Assembly (NCBI GenBank): GCA_041750655.1
Contig: JBGSYZ010000013.1
Location: 4,769 to 68,768 of the forward strand
Direction: 5' to 3'
Length of the DNA stretch: 64,000 nucleotides
Source of the DNA: Minisyncoccia bacterium
Lineage (GTDB): Bacteria; Patescibacteriota; Minisyncoccia; Phycocordibacterales; UBA918
Shown: positions 47,148-55,251 of the stretch, piece after piece
Numbering within the stretch: position 1 is the first letter of the stretch
Layout: each line of letters begins with the position of its first letter
Made by a program: the position numbers and the translations under genes
Notes under the pieces: model-generated
The model's database searches: none
Seen by the model: only the letters and a program-made list of their open reading frames with translations
Told to the model about the DNA's origin: nothing

Positions 47148-47661
47148 TCTTGAGGCGTTTATTCAAGACATTTGATACTTCTTGATAGGCAAATATACGT
47201 TCTTCTAACTTGCCACCAAAATTGGCCACAAACTTTGAGTGATCGTCGTAGTAATCTTCCACCATAGTGCGCATGTTGTGGATTTTGTCGGCCGCACACA
47301 CAATAAGAGCTTCATGGGGAGCAGTTTTGAGTTGTTCTACGTAGACATTTTTTTTCTTTTTCCAGATGGTTTTGCCTCCATCAGATTCGGTTTGCGGTTC
47401 GGATAAGGCTTCCACAATATCGCGCACTGGGCCACCAAAATCTTCCTGCAGCTCCTCGGCCGTATAGTCTGTATCTTCTATGGTGTCGTGTAAAAGAGCA
47501 GCACAGATTGTGTCTTCGTCGTTGGTGTAGTCTGAAACGATCATGGCTACTGAAACTAAATGACTAATCACCGGGAACGGCATGTCGCCTTTCCGGACCT
47601 GGTCTTTGTGGAGTACAGCGGCTGCTCTGATAGCTTGCTCTATTTTATGTGTGTAGGACAT
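47062..47661 (-). CDS. HD-domain protein resembling the (p)ppGpp-hydrolase domain of RelA/SpoT (small alarmone hydrolase-like)
   Basis: H…HLVSVAMIV…AALLHDTIEDT matches the SpoT HD motif HP…AALLHDVIEDT. Confidence 0.65.
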   Translation of the reverse strand: MSYTHKIEQAIRAAAVLHKDQVRKGDMPFPVISHLVSVAMIVSDYTNDEDTICAALLHDTIEDTDYTAEELQEDFGGPVRDIVEALSEPQTESDGGKTIWKKKKNVYVEQLKTAPHEALIVCAADKIHNMRTMVEDYYDDHSKFVANFGGKLEERIFAYQEVSNVLNKRLKSEILAEFNNVFTEYKNFIADVKKTKEDY

Positions 47662-47703
47662 GTATTTTTTATTTCTGTTTTTGGAATACTTGCTGGAATT
47701 AAT

Positions 47704-48006
47704 TTATTTCAACATTTGATTCATTAGCTCTGCAATTTCTGAATTTTTTGACTGTTCCTCTTCCATAGCACGTTGTAAATCTTGGTTGGCCACAGCTAGT
47801 TTTTCTTGCTCTTTTGCTAAATCTTGCTGGGCTGTGTTAAACCGATCCTGTTCACGTTGAAGCTGTTTTTGAATATTTTCAACCTCGTGTTGAGCTCGCT
47901 CAACATCTTGTGCAAATCTTTTCTGGTTATGTTCAATGTTCTCACGGCTTCGTTGTAGTCGTGTAAGTTCACTTTTAGCTCTTTCAATGTCTCTTTGAAT
48001 ATCCAT
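47704..48006 (-). CDS. 100-aa all-coiled-coil protein (hypothetical)
   Basis: Heptad-rich, Gln/Glu/Arg-rich; no other features. Confidence 0.4.
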   Translation of the reverse strand: MDIQRDIERAKSELTRLQRSRENIEHNQKRFAQDVERAQHEVENIQKQLQREQDRFNTAQQDLAKEQEKLAVANQDLQRAMEEEQSKNSEIAELMNQMLK

Positions 48007-48008
48007 AA

Positions 48009-48275
48009 TTATAATAAATTAACTCCTTCGTTCAGTAATATAGCACGCTTTTTTTTGACTCCTCCCCTGTTGTAGCCACCCAATCCTCCATCGCTACGAA
48101 TTACTCTATGGCAGGGTACTTCTAAGTCAAAATTTGCCGCCATTATATTAGCGACTGCTCGGGCCGCTTTTTTGTTGCCGGCTTTAGCGGCTACTTCCTT
48201 ATACGTCATGGTTTTTCCTTTGGGAATTTTTCTGACCACCGCTTTCACTTTGTCTGAAAAATTATTTTTTGGCAT
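48009..48275 (-). CDS. stand-alone MGMT C-terminal (alkylguanine-DNA alkyltransferase DNA-binding) domain protein with active-site Cys
   Basis: PCHRVIRSDGGLGGY active-site motif; 88 aa, no N-terminal domain. Confidence 0.75.
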   Translation of the reverse strand: MPKNNFSDKVKAVVRKIPKGKTMTYKEVAAKAGNKKAARAVANIMAANFDLEVPCHRVIRSDGGLGGYNRGGVKKKRAILLNEGVNLL

Positions 48276-49137
48276 ATTTAGTTTTTAAATTAGCAATGGC
48301 ATCTTCTGTAGTATCTTCACTTTTTTCATTCTTCTTGTGAATATTTAGCTTATGCAGATTAAGTAATTTTTTACCAGCCGCTTCGCGATAGGGACAATAT
48401 TCGCAGTTTGATCCTGATTCAGGTATTTCTTCCTTTTCCAAACAGTCCACTATTTTATCTAGAGTCGGTTCTATCCAATCTGTTTCAACTTCAACTGGCA
48501 CTAGTGTGGTTTCAAAGACTAATGTATCGTCAAAACCCACCTCGTCTTTACTGGCGTTGGCATATACCAAATAACCCGTATCTTCAACCTTAAAGCCGTT
48601 TTTTTCTAATAACCATTTATACACACCCAGTTGTCGTTTATATTGTTGATCCCATGGACTATCAGTCAGTTGCGTAATAGAACCCTCTTTTGAAGTAGAT
48701 TTGTAATCTACAATAATTAATTTGCCTTCCGGGGTAATCCAAATATCATCAACTGCTCCAGATACTATGAGACCCGTTTCTGTATCTTTGTACTCGATAC
48801 CTTCAAAGTTTTCTCGCCACGTATCCATGTTTTTATGTTGAAACGGTATGGCATTAATTTTGTACTTAACCATTACTGGATGAGGTGTACCAGCAGCTCG
48901 ATGGACATCAAATTCCTTTTTAAAAAGTTCATCTACAGCTATATTTAAATTAAACGAGGGGAAACCCGGTCGTTTGGTGCCTAGTTTGTTGTCTATATAA
49001 AAGCAGCGAGGACACTCGATAAAAAAATCCAATTTTGAACGAGAAAGGCGCCATTTGGCTCCACCATAATTCCACTCAGCACTTCGGTTAGGGTTGTATC
49101 TTTTTATATATTCAGCCATATAGTAATAGTATAGCAA
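48262..49137 (-). CDS. PD-(D/E)xK nuclease, Cas4/RecB-like with Fe-S cysteine pairs
   Basis: N-terminal CPRCFY; core GAVDDIW…IVDYKST (D…D-x-K); C-terminal CEYCPYR. Confidence 0.7.
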   Translation of the reverse strand: MLYYYYMAEYIKRYNPNRSAEWNYGGAKWRLSRSKLDFFIECPRCFYIDNKLGTKRPGFPSFNLNIAVDELFKKEFDVHRAAGTPHPVMVKYKINAIPFQHKNMDTWRENFEGIEYKDTETGLIVSGAVDDIWITPEGKLIIVDYKSTSKEGSITQLTDSPWDQQYKRQLGVYKWLLEKNGFKVEDTGYLVYANASKDEVGFDDTLVFETTLVPVEVETDWIEPTLDKIVDCLEKEEIPESGSNCEYCPYREAAGKKLLNLHKLNIHKKNEKSEDTTEDAIANLKTKYAKK

Positions 49138-49162
49138 AAGCGGCTCCCGATGGGAGCCGCTT
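49136..49162 (-). terminator. intrinsic terminator
   Basis: AAGCGGCTCCC-GAT-GGGAGCCGCTT with an A/T-run on each side. Confidence 0.6.
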
Positions 49163-49180
49163 TGTGCTTACAATAGGCTA

Positions 49181-49750
49181 TTATTCAGCTTTAAAGGTGG
49201 TCAATACACCATCGATTTGCTTATCTCCAGCTGGATCAAAGAAAAGTCCGCCATTAGTGTTTACAGCACCATCTTCGGTGAAGAAAACGACTGCGTACTC
49301 TTTACCAGCTTCTGTTCCTCTTAGAAGTTCAACTTCTTTAGGAATAAGACCTTGGCTTTGACTGTAACGAGCGGCACCAAGAATACCACCAACATTCTCT
49401 CCGTCGTAATCACGAACTGCTACCCAACCTTCAGCTGTGGGAAATTCAGCACTAGCTAACGCAACTACAGTTCCAGCTGGTTGCCCATTTACGCTAATTG
49501 CACCATCACCAGTTGGTAGTACTGGTACAGAAACAACTTCATTAGCACTAGTATCGGTAGTATTAACATTTGTATTGTTGGTTCTATCAGCCGTAGCTGG
49601 TTGTTCGGTGTTTGTATCGCTTGGGGTATCGTCCATCTCATCAGCCGGTGTTGGAGAAGAGAAAACCCACACTAAAAGACCACCAATAAGTAAACCGGCA
49701 ATAAAGGCGACTACTGTTTTTTGTCCCTCTTGCTTTTCTTGTTCTGACAT
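49181..49750 (-). CDS. membrane-anchored (N-terminal TM) protein with a Thr/Asn/Asp-rich low-complexity linker and C-terminal domain (hypothetical)
   Basis: TM LIGGLLVWVF; linker TPADEMDDTPSDTNTEQPATADRTNNTNVNTTDTS. Confidence 0.45.
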   Translation of the reverse strand: MSEQEKQEGQKTVVAFIAGLLIGGLLVWVFSSPTPADEMDDTPSDTNTEQPATADRTNNTNVNTTDTSANEVVSVPVLPTGDGAISVNGQPAGTVVALASAEFPTAEGWVAVRDYDGENVGGILGAARYSQSQGLIPKEVELLRGTEAGKEYAVVFFTEDGAVNTNGGLFFDPAGDKQIDGVLTTFKAE

Positions 49751-49802
49751 ATCTACAAAAATTTGGATAAACCGCTAATATGCTGGCATTATAACACCAT
49801 AT

Positions 49803-50633
49803 CTATTGGTTGCAGAGTTGACGAGCCTCAGATAGTACGGTGTCTATTTTTTTTGGAGAAATTCCAACAGTATTCAAAATATGTGGTTTTTTAAGGATTT
49901 CTCGACACAAAACAACCCCATTTCGTAATAACTCAACCTTGTCTTTTTGAGAAAGTGAAGCCAGGGCAGTAATTGGGAAAATGCGCGCCCGTTCTATGCG
50001 ATCTTGGAGATTGTTATTTTTAGGATAACTCCAACTTAAGAGTGATAAACCAGCACACTCGGCGTATTTCTCTGCAGCAGAGGTAAATTTTGTGTTGGTT
50101 ACTAAAAGCAAATTTTTAATACCACACACATCTTGCCGGCAGATCTTTTGGTCACGTAAATCTAACAATCGAGCATAGGTATACAGTGCTACTTGTAAAT
50201 CTGATTTAACACCTGGTGTGGAATGAAACTTAGCTTCAACCACAAAACTGTCTGTATCATTGTACGCAGCTACATCTAACTCATGGGTAGCACATTTCCC
50301 TTTTAGTTCTACTCGAGTGTGAGTTGTATACCCTTCGGCCTGAAAAAGTTTTGCTAAAAAATCTTCAAACGGGAAACCAGTTGGCCCTAGACCAAATAAG
50401 GCACGGCGAAGAGAATAACGAGCAGCCAAAGGACTTTCACTAGAACGTAGTAATTCAAAGGCTTTTCGGTAAATTGCTTGGGTGGTTATTCCATTAAACA
50501 ACGATGACTGTACTTCAAGTACAATAGAATTTATTTCTTGGTTAGATGCTCCGGCTCTACGTAGAGAGCGTTTCAGTTTACTTACTTCAAACTTTTCACC
50601 ACTACCATCTGCTTTCGTTACGTAAATAGACAT
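49803..50633 (-). CDS. ATP-cone domain fused to a restriction-endonuclease-fold (Mrr-cat-like PD-(D/E)xK) domain
   Basis: N-terminal MSIYVTKADGSGEKFEVSKLKRSLRRAGAS (ATP-cone pattern); C-terminal …HELDVAAYNDTDSFVVEAKF… (D…E-x-K). Confidence 0.6.
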   Translation of the reverse strand: MSIYVTKADGSGEKFEVSKLKRSLRRAGASNQEINSIVLEVQSSLFNGITTQAIYRKAFELLRSSESPLAARYSLRRALFGLGPTGFPFEDFLAKLFQAEGYTTHTRVELKGKCATHELDVAAYNDTDSFVVEAKFHSTPGVKSDLQVALYTYARLLDLRDQKICRQDVCGIKNLLLVTNTKFTSAAEKYAECAGLSLLSWSYPKNNNLQDRIERARIFPITALASLSQKDKVELLRNGVVLCREILKKPHILNTVGISPKKIDTVLSEARQLCNQ

Positions 50634-50642
50634 GTATATTTG

Positions 50643-51710
50643 TTATTGCACTATAATACCACCACCGAGACATATATCTCCCTGGTAGCACACACACGAC
50701 TGACCGACAGCGTAGGCCTCAATAGTATCTATAGCAACTAACGAGATGTTTGTTTCAGTTATTGAAGCTACTTCCATTGAAAACGGTTGCTGTCGATAGC
50801 GAGTTTGTATTTCGACTGTATCCCCCACTTTTGGTCGGTTGCGTATCCAGTTTGTGTAGTGCAGATTAATTGTGTTGTTGGCTGTCACCATTGGTTTGTG
50901 TACCGACACAGTTATGGTGTTTTCACTAATATTTTTATCAATTATATAGTGTGGGGTATTAGTGGGGTTGATAGTTTTGATAGTAAATCCATGTCTTTGG
51001 CCTACCGTATAAATAATACTACCTTCATGCGTACCAATAACATTACCTTTTTTATCTAATACATCGCCCGGAATTAAGTCTATATAATGACTAAGAAACT
51101 CTTTTATATCAATCTGCCCCAGGAAACATATTCCTTGACTGTCTTTCTTTTCGCTGGTCAGGAGGCCGGCTGCGCCGGCCTCCTTTCGAATCATCTCTTT
51201 AGTCGTATCTCCTACCGGCAACAAAACATGCTTAAGTTGCTCCTGAGTCAGAGTCCATAAGAAATAACTTTGGTCTTTGTTAATATCAATCCCTCTCGTA
51301 AGCTCAAAACCAGCGTCAGTTGCAATATTCTGCGCATAATGGCCGGTTGCTATGTAGTCGGCACCCTTTTCTAATGCAAACTTTAAAAAAGCGCCGAATT
51401 TTACTTCCTTGTTGCATAAGACGTCTGGGTTAGGTGTTCGTCCGGCTTTGTATTCTTCAATAAAATAGTTGGCTACTTCGTCACGATAAGCTGCTTCAGC
51501 GTCACAGGTGAGAAATGGAATATCAAGTTTGGCTGCCACTCGCATGGCATCGAGGCGTTCTTGCTCCCAGTTACACACCAACCACTCTGGATGCCAGACT
51601 TTGATGAATACCCCGACTACGTTGAAGCCGCGCGCCGTCAGGCGCGCGGCCGCCACTGAGGAATCCACTCCTCCAGATAGTCCAACAAATACTGTTTTTT
51701 TATCCTTCAC
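50643..51710 (-). CDS. mnmA: tRNA 2-thiouridylase MnmA
   Basis: PP-loop FVGLSGGVDSSVAA; 355 aa. Confidence 0.9.
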   Translation of the reverse strand: MKDKKTVFVGLSGGVDSSVAAARLTARGFNVVGVFIKVWHPEWLVCNWEQERLDAMRVAAKLDIPFLTCDAEAAYRDEVANYFIEEYKAGRTPNPDVLCNKEVKFGAFLKFALEKGADYIATGHYAQNIATDAGFELTRGIDINKDQSYFLWTLTQEQLKHVLLPVGDTTKEMIRKEAGAAGLLTSEKKDSQGICFLGQIDIKEFLSHYIDLIPGDVLDKKGNVIGTHEGSIIYTVGQRHGFTIKTINPTNTPHYIIDKNISENTITVSVHKPMVTANNTINLHYTNWIRNRPKVGDTVEIQTRYRQQPFSMEVASITETNISLVAIDTIEAYAVGQSCVCYQGDICLGGGIIVQ

Positions 51711-51735
51711 ACAAGAAAATTACCACGGGTATCTA

Positions 51736-52752
51736 CTAACGTAAATATGCTGCGATATTTCGGTTATGTTCCGCCAAGGTACGGGCGAAGTAGAAATTGC
51801 CATCACGTCCAGTTAAATAAAATAGATAATCAGATTCAGTCGGCCGAAGTACTGCTTCAATAGAAGTCAGGCCTGGATTTCCAATTGGTGTTGGCGGTAA
51901 ACCAACATTAGTGTAGGTGTTGTATGGTGAATCCATCCGTAAATCTTCAGGTACAAGTTCGGAAAGAGGTTTATTCAGTACGTACTCTACCGAGGCATCG
52001 AGTTGCAGAGGCATTCCGGCTGCAATCCGGTTTTCGATCACCCCTGCAATCAAACGTTTTGAATCCCGGGTACTACCTTCACGTTCAATTAAAGAAGCAA
52101 TTATAATGACTTCGTCTTCAGTGTAGTTGCTCTGCTCTATAGCTGGACGTAGTGGTTCTATTCTAGATTCGTAAGTTGCCTCTAGTAGTATCATTAATTC
52201 CTTAGCTGTATATGACTCTGGAATAAGGTACGTGTCAGGAAACATTCTCCCCTCTTTGTCTTTCGTCAGCTCAATAAATTCTTCAGCATTAAACGCTTCT
52301 AGTACTTCACTTGCTCTTTCTGCTAATGCTCTATTGGTTTCACCTTCGTAATGTACAAAACGAATTAATGAAAAGCCAAATTCTCCGGCCGATAATCTAT
52401 TAGCAATCTCGAAAGCATTCTGTGGCTCTTTAAATTTGTATATACTCGCTTTAATATTTGTTGGATCGTGTAGGGTGACTAAGATGGTGTAGAGAGCAAA
52501 CTCGGAGCGTACAATACCTTCTTCATGAAGCTGCTTAGCAATATCACGAACTGAAGTTCCCTCTTGAATTTCAACCAGTTCACCAGCCGGAAAATTTTCA
52601 GGAGCTTTGGTTTGTTGCCAAATGAAAGCAGCAAAAATTACTGAAAAAATAACCAGAATTAAACTTGCTAGAAGAAAAAACTTGAAAAGTTTTTTACTCA
52701 CGGGTACTTGGTAACTCAAGGCCGTAGTATTGGGTGAGTGATGAATTTCCAT
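51736..52752 (-). CDS. mltG: endolytic murein transglycosylase MltG (YceG family)
   Basis: N-terminal TM plus YceG-like domain; C-terminal …AYLR. Confidence 0.8.
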   Translation of the reverse strand: MEIHHSPNTTALSYQVPVSKKLFKFFLLASLILVIFSVIFAAFIWQQTKAPENFPAGELVEIQEGTSVRDIAKQLHEEGIVRSEFALYTILVTLHDPTNIKASIYKFKEPQNAFEIANRLSAGEFGFSLIRFVHYEGETNRALAERASEVLEAFNAEEFIELTKDKEGRMFPDTYLIPESYTAKELMILLEATYESRIEPLRPAIEQSNYTEDEVIIIASLIEREGSTRDSKRLIAGVIENRIAAGMPLQLDASVEYVLNKPLSELVPEDLRMDSPYNTYTNVGLPPTPIGNPGLTSIEAVLRPTESDYLFYLTGRDGNFYFARTLAEHNRNIAAYLR

Positions 52753-52755
52753 ATC

Positions 52756-54036
52756 TTAAATTGGTAAGTTGCCAGGGGCTTCACTGCGTAGTGAACCAAC
52801 ACGACGAACGTTACCACTGGTAACAACTGCACCCGGTAAGTGAAATATTGTTGCTAGTTCTTCTGTGGTAAGCACCATACCAGTATCTTTTTTATGGCGT
52901 TCTGTGTACGATCGTCTTTTCATATTTTCGATTTCTTCCTTTTTCCATCTTTTGGTAGTTTGTCCTTTTCTATCTTGCCACCATGGCCACGGAGTGTTGG
53001 TATCCCAGGTGATACCAATCATATTTCTTGATAAATCATCAGAGGAACGCAAAATAGAAGCCAAGGTTCCAATTCGTCCACCGTTGAAGGCTTCTTCTGT
53101 AGCTAGATACGTACCTTGGATTTTCGCATCAAACGCATACTTTGAAACACTTCGTTCTAAGCTGGCAATCATATCTCGTTCACCATCAGTGAGTTGTGGA
53201 GGGCCGCCATTTTCACCATTTCGTTCTTTAGCTTCAGAAATGATTTTTTTGATTTCTGCCTTAACCCCACCTTTCCAATCAGATTTTGCCTTAAGACTAC
53301 CAGATTTAAAATCATACGATCGATTGGCTTTTATTAAAATTTGCACCCACATATGCTCGTTTGGTCCAAGAGCTGCCAAGCTTTCCAGAGTGACACTGAT
53401 TGGATCTATTTTTTCTTCTTCTTTAGGGTTTTTATCAAGACCATAATCAATATAGGTTTTAATAGGGTACGCATCAGCTTTAGTGAGTTTGTAGTGGAAT
53501 GAGTGTGACCAATAACCAGCACCATCTTTTGGAATCTCAGCAGTATAGTCAACTGGCAACTGACGAACTTCTACGCCAGGGTATTGAGCGTAGAGTTGAG
53601 ACTCAATCATGTTTTTAAACTTTATTTGGGTGTTAATTAAAAAACGAACATGACCGTGAGTAGAAACAAGTTCTAAAGAAAAAGTGGGTGGATGTTTTCC
53701 TTCCCAGTAGGTTTGGATATGGTTATCAGCTCCAGCTTTTTGGTACAGTTGATTTAAGACCAACTCCATTGCTAGCGGTGATTTAAAGATTTCTTGCGGT
53801 AAAATAATTTCTAAGGTTACCCGGGGGACCTTTAGGTCTGCTTGAAATTGTACAAATTCCACCCACTTTTCAAAAAACATGTAAAAGGTGGTGACTGGAA
53901 GCCAAATTGGCATCGTAGCTAAGGCTATAGAAAAAATTAAGCTGGTTTTTATACCGAAATACTCTAGAAAAAGATAGAACCCAAAAAATAGCCCTATCAA
54001 TAATATGAAGACTCCAAGATTTCTACCGATGCTCAT
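52756..54036 (-). CDS. membrane protein (2 N-terminal TM) with a large soluble domain (hypothetical)
   Basis: 426 aa; TMs in the first 55 residues; no Walker or catalytic motifs found. Confidence 0.45.
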   Translation of the reverse strand: MSIGRNLGVFILLIGLFFGFYLFLEYFGIKTSLIFSIALATMPIWLPVTTFYMFFEKWVEFVQFQADLKVPRVTLEIILPQEIFKSPLAMELVLNQLYQKAGADNHIQTYWEGKHPPTFSLELVSTHGHVRFLINTQIKFKNMIESQLYAQYPGVEVRQLPVDYTAEIPKDGAGYWSHSFHYKLTKADAYPIKTYIDYGLDKNPKEEEKIDPISVTLESLAALGPNEHMWVQILIKANRSYDFKSGSLKAKSDWKGGVKAEIKKIISEAKERNGENGGPPQLTDGERDMIASLERSVSKYAFDAKIQGTYLATEEAFNGGRIGTLASILRSSDDLSRNMIGITWDTNTPWPWWQDRKGQTTKRWKKEEIENMKRRSYTERHKKDTGMVLTTEELATIFHLPGAVVTSGNVRRVGSLRSEAPGNLPI

Positions 54037-54054
54037 TTGTGACTATATTGTACA

Positions 54055-54086
54055 ACAAAAAAGCCGCAATCTCTGCGGCTTTTTTG
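54055..54086 (-). terminator. intrinsic terminator (bidirectional shape)
   Basis: AGCCGCA-ATCTC-TGCGGCT flanked by AAAAAA/TTTTTTG. Confidence 0.7.
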
Positions 54087-54103
54087 TGAGTATGTGGTCA
54101 ATA

Positions 54104-55129
54104 TTATTCAGCCACTATGTACGAACCGTTTGGTAATCGTTTGAATAGTGCAGCATCTTGTAAGTTTACAACTATGGTGTTGTCTTTTACATACCGCTCT
54201 TTACGAACCTTGTCGATGATTTCTTCTCGAGATAGTGGACCGTGCTTTTCTAGGATGTCTCGTAAAACTTCCTTTACAACACCAGCGGAGTAGCCCCATT
54301 CCGACAATGCATAGAGACCACGGCCTACCAATACAAAGCGTTCGTCTTTAATAAGTTCATTGTGAGTGGTGGCAGTGTGAGCTTTCTTGTTAAATAATTC
54401 AGCAATAGTTTCGGCAACTTCCTTGAAGTGCATTGGCGAACCATGTCGCTTTACTGCGAGGTATGCATAATCACGGATTCCCTTTACTCGCACGTTAGGA
54501 CTTGAAGACGGTCCCCACTCACCAAGTGGATTACGACTTATTTCTTTTGAAATCAATAACCACCGCTTTAGAACTTCGTCATCATACTTATTGGCAATAT
54601 CAATGAGGTTCTCACGGAAACGGTGTAGAATTTCTTCCTCAGATACTAGTTCATCTTCGCTTAATGTTTTGTACACACTTTTGAGTGCTTGTTCAACTGA
54701 GTCAGCGATCTTTCGTTCTGTGTACCAACGATGAGTGTACGCTGGGTTTTCTTTACTGCGATAGAAAGGATCTCCAAGAACCAATAAAAAGAAAATGTGA
54801 TTCCGAACAATTGGATCTTTAGTGATTTCTTCAAGCAATACATGTTCAGCAATGACACCACCACCTAAAGCATCTATCGCTTGGTGTAGTTCATCAAACA
54901 CGGCTGTAAACTCTTGGTACACATCAGATTTTTGGATGGATTGAATTCCGTAGTTTTCAATCTGACGCACTCGCTCTCGAGTCACGCCGTAGCTTTGACC
55001 AATAGACTCTAAAGTGTGAATCTGACCATCAGCACCAAGTCCAAAACGACGTTCTAGAACATCGCGGGCTCGGTCTGGCAACGCAGACAACATTTTTTTA
55101 CTAACTTGTTTTGGTTTAAAAGTAATCAT
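54104..55129 (-). CDS. fusion protein: N-terminal sigma70 region-4-like HTH + C-terminal HARE-HTH-like domain
   Basis: LPDRARDVLERRFGL…TLESIGQSYGVTRERVRQIE (sigma region 4.2 pattern); C-terminal MHFKEVAETIAE…RFVLVGRGLYALSEW (HARE-HTH pattern, as in RpoE delta). Confidence 0.5.
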   Translation of the reverse strand: MITFKPKQVSKKMLSALPDRARDVLERRFGLGADGQIHTLESIGQSYGVTRERVRQIENYGIQSIQKSDVYQEFTAVFDELHQAIDALGGGVIAEHVLLEEITKDPIVRNHIFFLLVLGDPFYRSKENPAYTHRWYTERKIADSVEQALKSVYKTLSEDELVSEEEILHRFRENLIDIANKYDDEVLKRWLLISKEISRNPLGEWGPSSSPNVRVKGIRDYAYLAVKRHGSPMHFKEVAETIAELFNKKAHTATTHNELIKDERFVLVGRGLYALSEWGYSAGVVKEVLRDILEKHGPLSREEIIDKVRKERYVKDNTIVVNLQDAALFKRLPNGSYIVAE

Positions 55130-55251
55130 AATAACTCTCAGCTGTATTTAGACTTTCATTTAATAACATTGCTTGATTTGAATGTACGTAGCTTTTTATC
55201 ACGAATATGACAAAACGTCAACCTTCTGGGATGATTCGGTACTGTCATATG

